Positions 16,988 to 39,907 of a DNA stretch of 64,000 nucleotides are shown here, one piece after another. Each line of letters begins with the position of its first letter. Positions within the stretch are counted from its first letter, which is position 1. Under the pieces are notes generated by a model that was not told where the DNA came from, ran no database searches, and was given only the letters and a program-made list of their open reading frames with translations. Origin of the DNA: the human T2T-CHM13v2.0 reference genome, Homo sapiens. The stretch is taken from assembly GCF_009914755.1 (NCBI RefSeq), contig NC_060928.1. One strand, written 5' to 3'. The position numbers and the translations under genes were made by a program.

Positions 16988-21399
<4,412 letters not shown>

Positions 21400-22289
21400 T
21401 AATTTTATGTATATTCCAACTCAGAATACATCCTATTTTTGAATATTTGATGACTTTAGGATACTATATTAACTCTTAATTGAATTAATACAAGTTTAGG
21501 TGTAAAGATGATGTTTATGTTGACAAAAATTATTAATGTTTTACATATATGAAAGTAACAATATCATATATTTTTCATACTTGTACAATACTTTGAAATC
21601 TATTATTAGCTAATATTTTATATTCATTTTGCGTTTTCACATTATTGTTAGATCCAGAGAAAAGTAATATTGTGTGAATACTCAAATCATAAACATTTTG
21701 CTGGATGCATTCATAGATACTTTATTTAAAAAGTACATTAATTGAAGTTTTACACCATTTTATGATTCATCAAACACAGCAACTGAATACTGGCGTATAG
21801 CAACATTACAGATGATGTTAGTCTAAGATAAAACTCATAACACATTTTAAAAAGGGTAAAAGGAAGGAAAGGAAAAAGGATACAAGGCTGTAGAAAGATT
21901 TTAAAAACAAACGTCATATGTCTGAACCTTTGCCTGGAGTTTCATATTTTGTGAAAAGCAGTTTGTAAGTAGAGGACTCGTAAGTGCACCTAGTACACTG
22001 CAATGGCACAGACACGGCAGATAGTCAATAAAATGACCTTTAACTTCTGATCTAGGTTATTTTTGTTGTTGTTCATGTATTAACCTAGTGAAACTCGCCA
22101 ATAGATGGAGTGGCATTGACCTGTACAACTTCCAAAATCCCATCCAACCTTAGTGTCCTCTGAAGTTCTCCATAACTTATTGTCTGTTCCAACCAACATT
22201 TAGCATAAGCTACAGCTTATATTGTTAATAATTCTTCTATGTTTATGTGCTGATTTGCAAATAAATGGGCCTATATAGTCTTTATCTAG

Positions 22290-25330
<3,041 letters not shown>

Positions 25331-26819
25331 AAAAAAAACGTTTCCCAGAGTGATCAAAGTGGAGGGCAGGGAAGAGTAAACATCAGTGCTTATGTTATAG
25401 CTACTAGAAGCCTCCCAATTCCAACGACATGCTTTCAAGCAGGTCTGATCCTTCCCCTGGAGGATACCTCTGACCCAGGTGTGCTACAAATGCATTGCCC
25501 CTAGTTGCTTCTGTCACCTTAGTGATGGAAGTGACAAGAGGGTACTGGAGAAAGAAAAGGTGTACAAGGTTCCAAATGTACATTCTATTTCCAAAGGACA
25601 TTTGTGAAGCCAGTGGAAAGCGAACAAACAAGCTGCTAAATAAGTCACAAGTGTGTTCTCATACAGTTTTGCGATTAACTAAATAGGACATTCAACAGAT
25701 AAAATTTGTTTTACATAGTTACTCCTCTAACAGGATGAACTTGTGGATTGTGAGATAGGGCTGATATAACCTGTTTTCTCTCTGCCTCTTTTTTTTCCCC
25801 CAAGTTTTGTGTGCAATACATTAGGAAAAATATAATTGGGCTACAAATCTACAAAAATGGCTTCCTGGCAGTTCCATGCTTGTTTCCATGTGGTGCCTAT
25901 GTTTGGCACTGTGTTCTCATTTGCACTTTCCTACTTGATTAGTTAATGTATGAAGGACAAGCCTGATCTCTACTGTGAATTTTTACCAAGGTATTCTAGT
26001 AGAAAAATGAGTATGTAATGGTGCTGTGGAATGCTAAAGTGTGTAAAACATTAAGAATCTAAAAATATGCTCATTTCCAAGTTTTGTCCCAGAGCAACTG
26101 TGCACTCTGATTATATCGCTACTGCTATTTAAAGTTATCCATTTGCATGTCTAAAAAATAGATTCATACTGATTGTCCCATTTTGATCTCAAAAAACTCC
26201 TGAATATGAGAGTCGTGATCAAGGGACGTTTCATGAAATGTTCCAAAGTTAAAGTGTGCAATGAAACCAGATTTATCATAGCCTTATTTAAAATAATTAT
26301 TTCTAAAATTGTTATTGTTTAATTATAAACGGTATCCTTTCAGGATACTTGGAAGATCCATAGCAGTGTTTTTATTTTCACAGAACAAGCATAAATTATT
26401 TATGAAATAATAACTCAGATACAGAGATTACTTCCTATTGGCCTTACATATGAATATAAATAAATACATATTATGAACATGAGCATACTTATTTTATAAT
26501 TATGTAAATGTGTGTGTAATGTTATATTTAAGTTCAATAAAGTCATGCTTATACATGGTTTCAATTCATGCTTCTAAAAACCACTCAATGTAGTCATTAT
26601 CATATGTTAATAAATAATCTCTGAAAATGTGCTTCTAGTAGTTGCACAATATCCCATCATAAAGATTGTCATGCTGTTTTTAAGTCATACTTTTGGGTAT
26701 ATAAGTTATATCTGATATTTTTCTGCTACATATATACTATTATAAATCTATTAGTAGCTGATTTTTTTGTCAACACATATGATTGTTTCCTCACAATAGT
26801 ACAAGAGTTGGTTGTAACT

Positions 26820-28855
26820 TTATTTCCTTCCAACATTTATTTTAGGTTCAGCGGGTACATGTGCAGGTTTATTATGTGGGTAAAATGTGTGTCAATGGGA
26901 TTTGGTGTACAGATTACGTAGTCATCCAGGTAGTGAACGTAGTATCTAATAGGGAGTTTTTTGATCCTCACTCTACCCCCACCCTCCACCCACAGTAGAC
27001 CTTGTGTCTATTGTTCCCTTCTCTGTGTCCATGTGGACTCAATGTTTAGCCCCCACTTATAAGTGAGAACATGCAGTGTTTGTTTGGTTTTCTGTTCCTG
27101 CATTAATTCACTTAGAATAATGGTATCCAGCTCCATTCATGTTGCTGCAAAAGACATTATTTCATCCTATTTTATAGGTGTGTAGTATTCCATGGTGTAT
27201 GTACGCTGCATTTTTTTAATCCAGTCTTCTGTTAACAGGCATCTAAGTTGATTCCGTGTCTTTGCTATTGTGAATAGTGTTATAATGAAAATATGCGTGC
27301 ATATGTCTATGACAGAATGATTTATATTCCTTTGGGTATATACCCAATAATGGGATTGCTGGGTTGAATGGTAGTTCTGTTTTAAGTTATTTCAGAAATC
27401 TCCAAACTGCTTTCCACAATGGCTGAACAAATTTACATTCCTGATGAAACTGGAGACTTCCCTGACTCCCCTTGGCAGGATGTGCAACAGGGGTGTGGCT
27501 TGTCTGGCCACCGTGTGTGCTGTCAAACCCCTTACTGGGCAGGGAAGCATGCAGACAGGCAGGTGCAATAGGCAGGGCAAGTGGCCATGGTACTGTCTAG
27601 GGGTGGGTTCCTGCGACTCCCACAGCCCAAGTGGGCATGTGTTACAGTGCACTCTTTTAGCTTTGCCATCCACAGACAGCTTAAGTGTTAACCTGTTCAG
27701 TGCGCTCTTGGTACCCAGTTCCTTGTCCAGCATCCAGAAAGAATTAAGTTGCACACAGACTTGAGGATGGTGAATGTGGGGGTTTTATTGAGTGGTGGAG
27801 GTGGCACTCAATGGGATGGATGGGAAGCTGGAAAGGGGATGGAATGGGAAGATGATCTTCCCCGGGAGCTTTGCCATCCAGAGGCTGATCTCTCCAACCA
27901 CTGCCAGCCAAACTCCTCTTGGCATTCAGATGCTCCTTCTCTTCTTTCTGCCACATCATTCTGCAATTCTGCTCTTCTGTTCATCTCCTCATCTGCTTGT
28001 CTGCTTCTGGAGCCTGGGGTCTGGGGCATATATGGGTACAGGACAGGGGGTGCATGGTGAGCTGAAAGACAACTTTTGGGTGCAAAAGCAGGAATGCCTG
28101 TTCCCATTTAGGGCCATGGGTTTCCAGGCTTGTGGGCAGGGCTTTGCCAGGGAACCACTCTCTTCTACCCAGCATTTCCCTGTCTCCTTTCTATATCACC
28201 ACCAGCAGTGTATAAGCATTCCCTTTTTTCCACAAACTCGGCACCGTCTGTTATGTTTTGATTTTTTAATTATAGCCATTCTGACCGGTGTGATATGGTA
28301 TCTCATGGTTCTGATTTTCTGATGATTAGTGATGTTGAGTATTTTTTCATATGGTTGTTTGCCATACATACGTTGTCTTTTGAAAAAAGAATCCACAGAC
28401 GGCTTAAGTGTTAACCCGTTCAGTGCCCTCTTGGTACCCAAGTCCTTGTCCAGCATCCAGAAAGAAGTTGCACATGGACTTGAGGATGGTGGATGTGGGG
28501 GTTCATGTTCTTTGCCTATTTGTAGTGGGTTTGTTTTTTGCTTATTGATTCTTTATACATGCTAAGTATTAGACCTTTTTCAGATATGTAATTTGAAAAT
28601 ATTTTCTTCTGTTCTGTAGGGTGTTCTCTGTTGATAGTTTCTTTTGCTGTGCTGAAGCTCTTTAGTTTCATTAGGTCCCACTCGTCAATTCTTCTTGTTG
28701 CAATTGCTTTTGGAATCTTCATCATGAAATATTTGCCTGCGCCTATGTCCAGAATGATATTTCCTAAGTTTTCTTCTAGGGTTTATATAGTTTTGGGTCT
28801 TACATAAGTCCTTCATCCATCTTGAGTTGATTTTTGTATATGGTGAAAGGAAGGG
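26820..28855 (-). mobile_element. Older L1PA/L1PB 3' end interrupted by a solo LTR
   Basis: gggtacatgtgcaggtt..ccccacttataagtgagaacatgcag; ORF2 C-terminus [21 protein letters not shown]. Confidence 0.9.
27442..28198 (-). mobile_element. Solo ERV1 LTR (LTR1 family), ~757 bp
   Basis: TG...CA termini; the reverse complement begins tgatatagaaaggagacagggaaatgctgggtagaagagagtggttccctggcaaag, like the LTR1 consensus; splits the L1 at tttacattcc|ccaccagcagtg. Confidence 0.75.
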
Positions 28856-31800
28856 AGTGTACATGCCCCTGTGATATTGTTCCTAATATCCAGGTTGGGA
28901 GAGGATATTATACTCAATATTGCAGGAAGTGTCGACCACCCTGAATGTTGCTTTTAATATCCGGGGAGAGAGGGTGATATTACTCCCAATATCATCCTCT
29001 CCCCCCACACCCTGCATAGTACAAGCAATATCAAAGGGGGTCTGTGCAACACGTGCAATATTGGGAATAATATCCTCCCCCAACATGGATATTAGAAACA
29101 GTATCACAAGGGGTTGTACACCACCTGTGATATTGGGGAGTACTATCATTTTCTTTCCCCATGGATATGTAGAACAATATCACAAAGGTGGTGTACAACC
29201 CCTGCTATATTGGGAGTAATACTGTACTTTCCCCACCTAGATATTAGGAACAATATCACGGGGGGTTATACACCACTGCAACATTGGGAGTAATATCATC
29301 CTTTCCCTCCCTGGATATTAGGAACAATAACTCATGGGTGTCTACACCCTGTTCCATATTGGGATTAATATTTTCTCCCTTGCTGGACATAAGGAACAAT
29401 ATAACGGGGGGTATACACTCCTTATGATATTGCCAGTAATATTATAGACTCCCCCCAGGGATATTAGAAAGAGTATCAGAGAGGGGTGTACATCCCCTGC
29501 GATATTGGGAATAATATTCTTTCTTTCCCTGGATATTAGGAATAATATCACAAAGGGGTTGTATACCCCCCGTGACATTTTAATTAATATCATCTTCCCC
29601 ACTGAATATTAGGAACAAATTCCCAGGGGGTTGTACACCACCTGCAATATGGACAGCTATATCATTGTCTCTCCCCCGAATATAAGGAACAATATCACAA
29701 GGGGGTTGTACAACCCCTGTGATATTGGGAGTAACTTTATACCCTTTCCACATGGATATTAGGAACAATATCACAGGGTGGTTGTACACCCACTGCGATA
29801 TTGGGAGTAATATCATCCTCTATCCCCTGGGTATTATGAACAATATCATGGGGAGGGAGTGTATGCCCTCTGTGATATTGGGAGTAATATCATCCTGTCC
29901 CCTCTGGATATTAGGAATGATATCACAGCGGGGCTGTACCTTTTCTGCATTATTGGGAGTGGTATCACCCTCTCCCCCTATGGATATTAGGAACAATATC
30001 ACAAAGGGGGTGTACACATCCTGCGATATTGAGAGTAATATTGTCCACTCTTCCCCGAGATATTAGGAACAATATCACAGGCGGAGTGTACACCCCCTGC
30101 TATTTTACCTGTAATATTATTCTCTCCCAACCTGGATATTAGGAATAATATAACAGGAGGGGTGTACACCACCTGTGATATTGGGAGTAATATCATTCTC
30201 TCCCCCCATGGATATTGAGAACAATATCACAGGGGCGGTTTACACCTCCTGCGACATTTAGAGTAATATCATCCTTTTCCCCCATGGATATTAGGAACGA
30301 TATCACAAGGGGGGTGTACATGCCCTGTGATATTGGAAGTAATATCATCGACTCCCCCCACGGATATTAGTAACAATATCAGAAGGGGTGTACACCCCTT
30401 GCGATATTTATAGTACTATCATCCTATACCCCCTGGATATTAGGAACAATACCACGGGGGGTGTATACCCACTGTGATATTGGGAGTAATTTCATCCTCT
30501 ACCCCTTGGATGTTAGGAGCAGTATCACAAGGGGGGTGTGCACCCTCTGTGATATTAAAAATAATACCATTCTCTCCTTCTCTGGATACTAGGAATAATA
30601 TCACAGTGCTGGTGTGCACCCTTTACACTATTTGGAGCAATATCACCCTCTCCCCAACTTGATATTAGAGACAATATCATGGGGGGTGGCGTGTAACACC
30701 CTGCACTGTTGGGAGTACTATCATCTAGTCTTCCCCTGGATATAAGAAACAGTATCACAGAAGGGGTCTACACCTCCTGAGATTTTGGGAGTAATATCAT
30801 CCTCTCCAAATCTGGATATTAAGAACAGTATAATGGGGTGTGGGGAGTAATATGGTGGGAGTAATACAATCCTCCTCCCCACTTGCTATTAGGAACAATA
30901 TCACAAAACGTGTGTACACCCACTGTGACATTTGGAGTAATATCAACATTTCCCCACCTGGTATCACGGGGAGAGTGTACACTCCTTACGATATTGGAAG
31001 TATCATTGTCTCTCACTCTCGATATTAGGAAAAATAGCACAGGGTGTGTATACACTTCCTGTGATTTTGGGAAGAACATCATACCCTTCTGTCTTTGATA
31101 TTAGGAACAATATCACAGAGGGGGTGTACAACTTCTGTGATATTATAATATTCTTTCTTCCCATGGATATTAGGAATGATATCCCGGGGGGCTTGTTGTA
31201 CACACCCTGTGATACGGACAGTAATATCATTGTCCTTCCCCCTACATATTAGAAACAATATCACAAGGGTGGTATACACCCCCTGGATATTAGAAACTAT
31301 CACAGGGGGGCTGTACAACCTCTTTGATACTGTGAGTAATACCATTGTCTCCCCTCCTGGGTATTAATAACAATATCATAGGGTGGGTGTACACTCCCTG
31401 CAATATTGGGAATAATATCATCCTCTCTTCCCAGGGATATTAGGAACGTTATCACAGGTGGGGTTTACACCCCCTGCAATTTTGTCAGTAATATTACTTC
31501 TGGATGTTATTGAATATATCACAGTGGGGGTGTACACCCCCTGTGATATGGGGAGTAATAGCATCCTCTTTCCCACTGGATACTACAAACAATATCGCAG
31601 ATTGTGTACAACCTCCTGTGATATTGTTCACAATATTTAGGGAAGGAGAGGATGATATTACTCCACATATCGCAGGGAGTGTTACATCCCCTGTAATATT
31701 GTTCATAATATTTAGAAGACGACAGGATGATATTACTCCCAATATAGTAGGAAGTATACACTCCCCTGTGATACTGTTCATAATTTTTAGGGGATTAGAG

Positions 31801-32560
31801 GATGATATTACTTCCAATATCACAGGGAGTGTACACTGGTGATATTGTTTATAATTTTCAGTGGATTAGAAGATATTATCCAGAATATCACAGGGGTTGT
31901 ACACCCCAAGTGATATTGTTAATATCCAGTGGGAAAGAGGATGATATTACTCCCCATATCACGGGGGATGTAAACCCGTTTGTGGTATTGTCACTTACAT
32001 CCGGGGGGGAGAGGATGATATTACTCTGCATATCATAGAGGGTGCACACGGCTGTAATGTTGTCCATAATAACATCCAGAGGGGAAGAGAATATTATTCC
32101 CATGTTTCAGAAGGTGTACACACCCCTGTGATAGTCTCTGTAACATTTAGGGAAGAAGGGGATGATACTACTCCAGATATTGCAGGGGGTGTACACCCCC
32201 CTGTGATACTGTTCGTAACGTTTAGGGGGAAGAGGATGATATTACTCCCCATATCGAAGGGATTGTATATCTCCCTATATATTGTCCATAACATCCAGGG
32301 CAGGAGAGGATATTACTACTCCCCATATCACAGGGGGTGGACACCCCCCTCTAAATATGTCTAACATCCAGGCGGGGACAGGAGGATATTTTTCCCCATA
32401 ACCCAGAGAAAGTAAACCTCCTGTGATATTGTCCATAACATCCAGTGGGGAGAGGATGATATCACTCCCCATATTGCAGGGGGTGCACACTCCACTCTGA
32501 TATTGGCCGTAATATCCGGGGGGGGGGGTGAAGTATGAAGTCACTACACATATCGCAGGG
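28856..32560. repeat. ~75-bp palindromic satellite (SATR1/SATR2-type), left part
   Basis: Unit GGATATTAGGAACAATATCACAGGGGGTGTACACCCCCTGTGATATTGGGAGTAATATCATCCTCTCCCC repeated in both orientations. Confidence 0.9.
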
Positions 32561-32891
32561 ATTATTAGTATCAGATTGTTTGAAGGGCTCACAGTAAGGG
32601 TAGTAGTAGGGCGAGTTCTAACTCAAATAGGGGAAATGTGATGGCTACTAGAAAGAATTTTATGGAGAAGGGAATGTGGGCAGAGGATAGAGGGTCAAAT
32701 CTGCATTCATAAGGGCTAGATTTTTCTATATATATTTATTTTATACATATATATATATTTATTTTATACATATATATATATATTTTTCTCTCTCTCTACA
32801 TATATATATTAAGTTGTGGGAGCCAAAATGTAATAATTATTAGTAACAGGGCTAATAGGGTGTTGATTACTAGGGTTAATGTTAGGTGAAT
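32561..32891 (-). pseudogene. MT-ND3: NUMT ND3 fragment with an internal (TA)n expansion
   Basis: Minus strand (mito code) reads [60 protein letters not shown]. Confidence 0.93.
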
Positions 32892-32952
32892 TACTGTTTT
32901 TCGGATGCTATCAAAACTTTGGAAATCATGGTACTATTTATACTAAAAGAGT
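32892..32952 (-). pseudogene. MT-TG: NUMT tRNA-Gly (internally deleted)
   Basis: Reverse complement actcttttagtataaatagtacc...aaaacagta, lying between CO3 and ND3 as in mtDNA. Confidence 0.85.
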
Positions 32953-33550
32953 AAGATCCTCATCAATAAATAGAAACATACAAGAATAGTCATACTACAT
33001 CTACAAAGTGTCGATATCAGGCAGCGGCTTCAAAGGCAAAGTGATGACTAGATGTAAAGTGGTATTTTAATTGGCGGAGAAGGCAGACTGAGGAATGTTG
33101 ATCCAATAATGACGTGAATTCTGTGAAAGCCTGTAGCTATAAAAAAATGTTGAGCCATAAATACCATCAGAAATAGCAAAGAGAGCTTTGAAGTATTCTG
33201 AGACTTGTAGGAGGGTGAAGTAAATATCTAATATAATTGTAACAAGTAGTGCTTGGATTGTATGTTTTTGATTATTTTTTGTTAGGCTGTGATGGGCTCA
33301 AGTAATTGAAACTCCTGATGCAAGTAATACAGATGGATTCAGGAGAGGTACTTCCAGGGGGTCAAGGGGAGAAATACCTGTTGGGGGTCAATGCCCTCCT
33401 AATTCTGGAGTAGGGGCTAGGCTAGAATGGTAGAATGCTCAAAAGAATCCAGCGAAGAGGAATATTTCTGAGATAATAAATAGGACTGTCCCATATTGGA
33501 GGCCTTTTTGAACAGTTGTTGTATGGTGACCCTGAAATGTACTTTCTCAG
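32953..33550 (-). pseudogene. MT-CO3: NUMT CO3 3' portion
   Basis: Minus strand reads [57 protein letters not shown]. Confidence 0.93.
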
Positions 33551-33552
33551 AT

Positions 33553-33611
33553 ACAGAACACCCTTGGTCAATTGAATACAGATCAATCACTTTAAGTAAG
33601 CTAAGTCCTTA
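33553..33611 (-). pseudogene. MT-TA: NUMT tRNA-Ala (partial)
   Basis: caattgaatacagatcaatcactttaagtaagctaagtcctt, matching the mt WANCY cluster. Confidence 0.75.
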
Positions 33612-33680
33612 CTAAATTGATGAGACTTAAACCCATGAAAACTTAACAGCTAAACTCCCTAGTCAACTGGTTTGAATCTA
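33612..33680 (-). pseudogene. MT-TN: NUMT tRNA-Asn
   Basis: gacttaaaccca..ttaacagctaa..caactgg.tt.aatcta. Confidence 0.85.
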
Positions 33681-33716
33681 CTTCTCCAGCCGCTGGGGGA
33701 AAAAAGGTGAGAGAAG
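33681..33716 (+). other. NUMT copy of the mitochondrial light-strand origin (OL) stem-loop, degenerate
   Basis: cttctccagccgctgggggaaaaaaggtgagagaag between the Asn and Cys tRNAs. Confidence 0.8.
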
Positions 33717-33773
33717 CAGTATTGAAGCTGCTTCTTTGAATTTACAATTCAACAATAAAATCACCTTGGGACT
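33715..33773 (-). pseudogene. MT-TC: NUMT tRNA-Cys
   Basis: ttgaagctgcttctttgaatttacaattcaa..aaaatcacc. Confidence 0.8.
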
Positions 33774-33839
33774 GGTAAAAACAGGCGTTGACCTCTGTTT
33801 TTAGATGTACAGTCTAATGCCCTACTCAGTCATTTTACC
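33774..33839 (-). pseudogene. MT-TY: NUMT tRNA-Tyr
   Basis: ggtaaaaacaggc..tttagatgtacagtctaatgc..ctcagtcattttacc. Confidence 0.85.
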
Positions 33840-33858
33840 CTTTTTTCTCACTTCATTT

Positions 33859-34910
<1,052 letters not shown>

Positions 34911-34959
34911 GAGGCTTATATTATGGTTCATTCATATATTTAGAAACCTGAAAGTTTCT

Positions 34960-35506
34960 AAATAAGTTGTAAAAAAGTTGTAAAAAAACCCCAGCTGAAA
35001 TAACTACGAAGGTGCCTTTAATATTCTGAAGACAAAATAGCTAAGATCCAAACTGGGAGTAGATACCCCGCTCTGCTTAACTCTAAACTCGAATAGTTAG
35101 ATCAACAAAACTGTTCGCCAGAACACTACAAGCAACAGCTTAAGACTCAAAGGACTTGGCGGTGCTTTATATCCCTCTAAAGGAGGCTGTTCTATAATCG
35201 ATAAACCCCAATTTACCTCACCACCTCTTGCCCAGCCTAAATACCTCCATCTTCAGCAAACCCTGAAAAGGCTGCAGAGTAAGCACAAGTATCTACATAA
35301 AAACTTTAGGTCAAGGTGTAGCCCATGAGGTGGCAAGAAATGGGAAAGTTTTCTACATCCAGAAAAATGTCGCGACAACCGTTATGAAATCTAAGGGCTC
35401 AAGGAGGATTTAGCAATAAATTGAGAGCAGAGTGTTTAATTGAATAAGGCCATGAAGCATGCACACACCGCCCGTCACCCTCCTCAAATACATTCTAGAA
35501 ACTCAT
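34960..35506 (+). pseudogene. MT-RNR1: NUMT 12S rRNA fragment
   Basis: caaactgggagtagatacccc, actcaaaggacttggcggtgcttta, ggtcaaggtgtagcccatgaggtggcaagaaatggg, cacacaccgcccgtcaccctc. Confidence 0.95.
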
Positions 35507-37640
<2,134 letters not shown>

Positions 37641-38041
37641 TAGAATAAAGCAGGCGGAGGAAGGTGGGATAACCTTGCTAGCTGAAGCTTCTGGCTCTCT
37701 TTTTTTCTTCTTCCCGTGCAGGACACTTGCTTCCCTTCTTCCTGCCCTTGGACATGAGACTCCAGGTTCTTATGCCTTTGGACTCTGGGACTTGCACCAG
37801 CGGCTTCCCCGAGGCTCTCAGGCCCTCGGCCTCATACTGAAGACTGCACTGCGGGCTTTCCTGGTTTTGAGGCTTTTGGACTTGGACTGAGCCACTACTA
37901 GCTTCTCTCTTTCCCTACCTGGCAGACAGCCTATTGTGGGACTGCCTTCTAACCGTGTGAACCAATTCTCTCTCGTAAACTCCCTTATACATATACCTGT
38001 ATCTTGTTGGTTCTGTCCCTCTGGAGAACCCTGACTCATAC
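37641..38041 (+). mobile_element. ERVL LTR (MLT2 family), 5'-truncated
   Basis: cctgcccttggacatgagactccaggttct..gcagacagcctattgtgggact..ggttctgtccctctggagaaccctgactcatac. Confidence 0.8.
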
Positions 38042-39599
38042 GTTTTGTTTATTTTTTCTCCATTGCCCTTTCCTCTGCTTCTAGGCTTACCTAGACCACC
38101 ACCATTCTTTCCCCCTTTCTAAAGTAAAAGTTGTTTTTTTCTCACTAAATGCATGGCATTCTGCCCGTTTTCCATGGCTTTCCTCAGCCCTGCTCTGTTT
38201 ATTCTTGCTATCTTAAGAGGAAATCCCTGCCTCTTCCGTGGCTTTTCCCACTTGGTCTACATACTGGTTTCTGTTGTTCTCAGAGACACACTGAGACCTT
38301 TCACATCTCACTGTCACTTCTTGGAAGGGCTCTCTACCTCGTCTGCCTGCTGAGCAACCTCTTGGGGAGACGCGGGCCCTCTTGAGTCACTGAACTTGAG
38401 CTATTTGGTGTTGGTATGTTAATTTATCTTCTTAGACCACTTACCACTTCTTTAACTTCAAAAGAGAAGAATAAGTATTATTTTCCATGGTTGATATGAA
38501 GAGTAGAAATAACTTATACAAAATGCATTGCAGTTAAGTGATAATAAATGGCCGTGAATGCCCTTATTAATGTTATTCTATCAGTCTCGGCTCAGATACC
38601 ATCTGCTCTGTAAGCTCTGCTCTGAATCATATCTGCTTCTTCTCTGGGTTCCTTGTGCTCTGTTCTTAACTACTTTAAAGCAGTAATTGTTCTGATTCTA
38701 AATAGTGATCCTTCCGAATAAAATTTTAAATTTGTAGATCTCTTCCCCCCACCCATGCCCCAGCCTAACCAGTGTTTTCTTACTTTTTTGTGTACAGGCT
38801 ACATCACTGGTCTTTCATTTGTGGCTAAATAAATGTTGTGTTAGAAGAGTAAAGAGTTCCCAGTTACATGGGATCTATAGTTCTACAAAATGAATGTATA
38901 CATAATCCATGTAAATATTCCACTTATTTTAAAACAATTTTTTAATTTTTAAATTAAATTTAATTTGTGCATGTGTGTGAGACCAGAGTGAGACCAGAGA
39001 TGGCGGCGGTGAGGGACGGTGGTCTCACCATGTTGCCCAGGCTGGTCTTTAACTCCCCTTGAAGTGCCCCCCTCCTCACCTGGCCCCCCTCACCTTGCCT
39101 TCTCCCCCTCACTTTGCCTCCTCCCCCTCACTCCTATGCCAGTCCCTGCCATTCCCTACCCCCTCTGTTGACTGCAAGACTCAACAAGTGACTTGCTGAG
39201 CAAACCCTGCTGAGAAGAGGTCTGTTTAGGGACACAGGAGGCCAAGTACACAAAAAAGCAAAAGAACTAGCATGCCTTTTTCAATGGATGTCTATTTTAC
39301 AGGGCTGGCTTCAGATTATTATTATAGCTTTAAATAAAAGGACCGTTTTGTCATCTCGGCCCATGGCCTACATTATTTCTTTACTGTCCATTGCCCTGGG
39401 CGCTTGACTAATAATTTAACAGCAATTTTTTTTTTAATTTTAAATCATGATTCATCGCATTGCTGTAAGAGTAATTAGAGGTAAATTAGGGCTTGAAACT
39501 GCCTGTAGTGGGTTACTTTCTGAGATCTTAGCATAATTATCAGGTGAGAGGGTGAAGTTTTAATTAGCGCTAAGTGGGATAGAAATTCAATGCACTGAA

Positions 39600-39907
39600 A
39601 CTGCAGTGTCCAATTCAGTAGGCGCTAGCCACCTGTAACTATTGAGCACTTGAAATCCTGGCTAGTCCTAATTGAGATGTGTTGTGTTAAATATACTGGA
39701 TTTTGTCATTGGAGTGGGAAGAACAGCGTAGAATATCTGCTTGATAATTTTTTATATTGATTACATGTTAAAATTATTACTATGATTACTATTTGGGACA
39801 TACTGAGTTAAGTATATTTAAAATTAATTTCACCTTTTAATGGGGCTTACTAGTACATTTAAAATTACATATGTGGCTCACATATTTATTGGACAGCACG
39901 GCTCTAG
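39600..39907. mobile_element. hAT-Charlie DNA transposon (MER33/MER3-like)
   Basis: gtccaat..ctagccac..tattgagcacttgaaat..ttacatatgtggctcac..tattggacagcac. Confidence 0.7.

Noticed and set aside
25340-26800. Possible 3'UTR or exon-like unique sequence
   Set aside because: No recognisable coding similarity or splice structure that I can support
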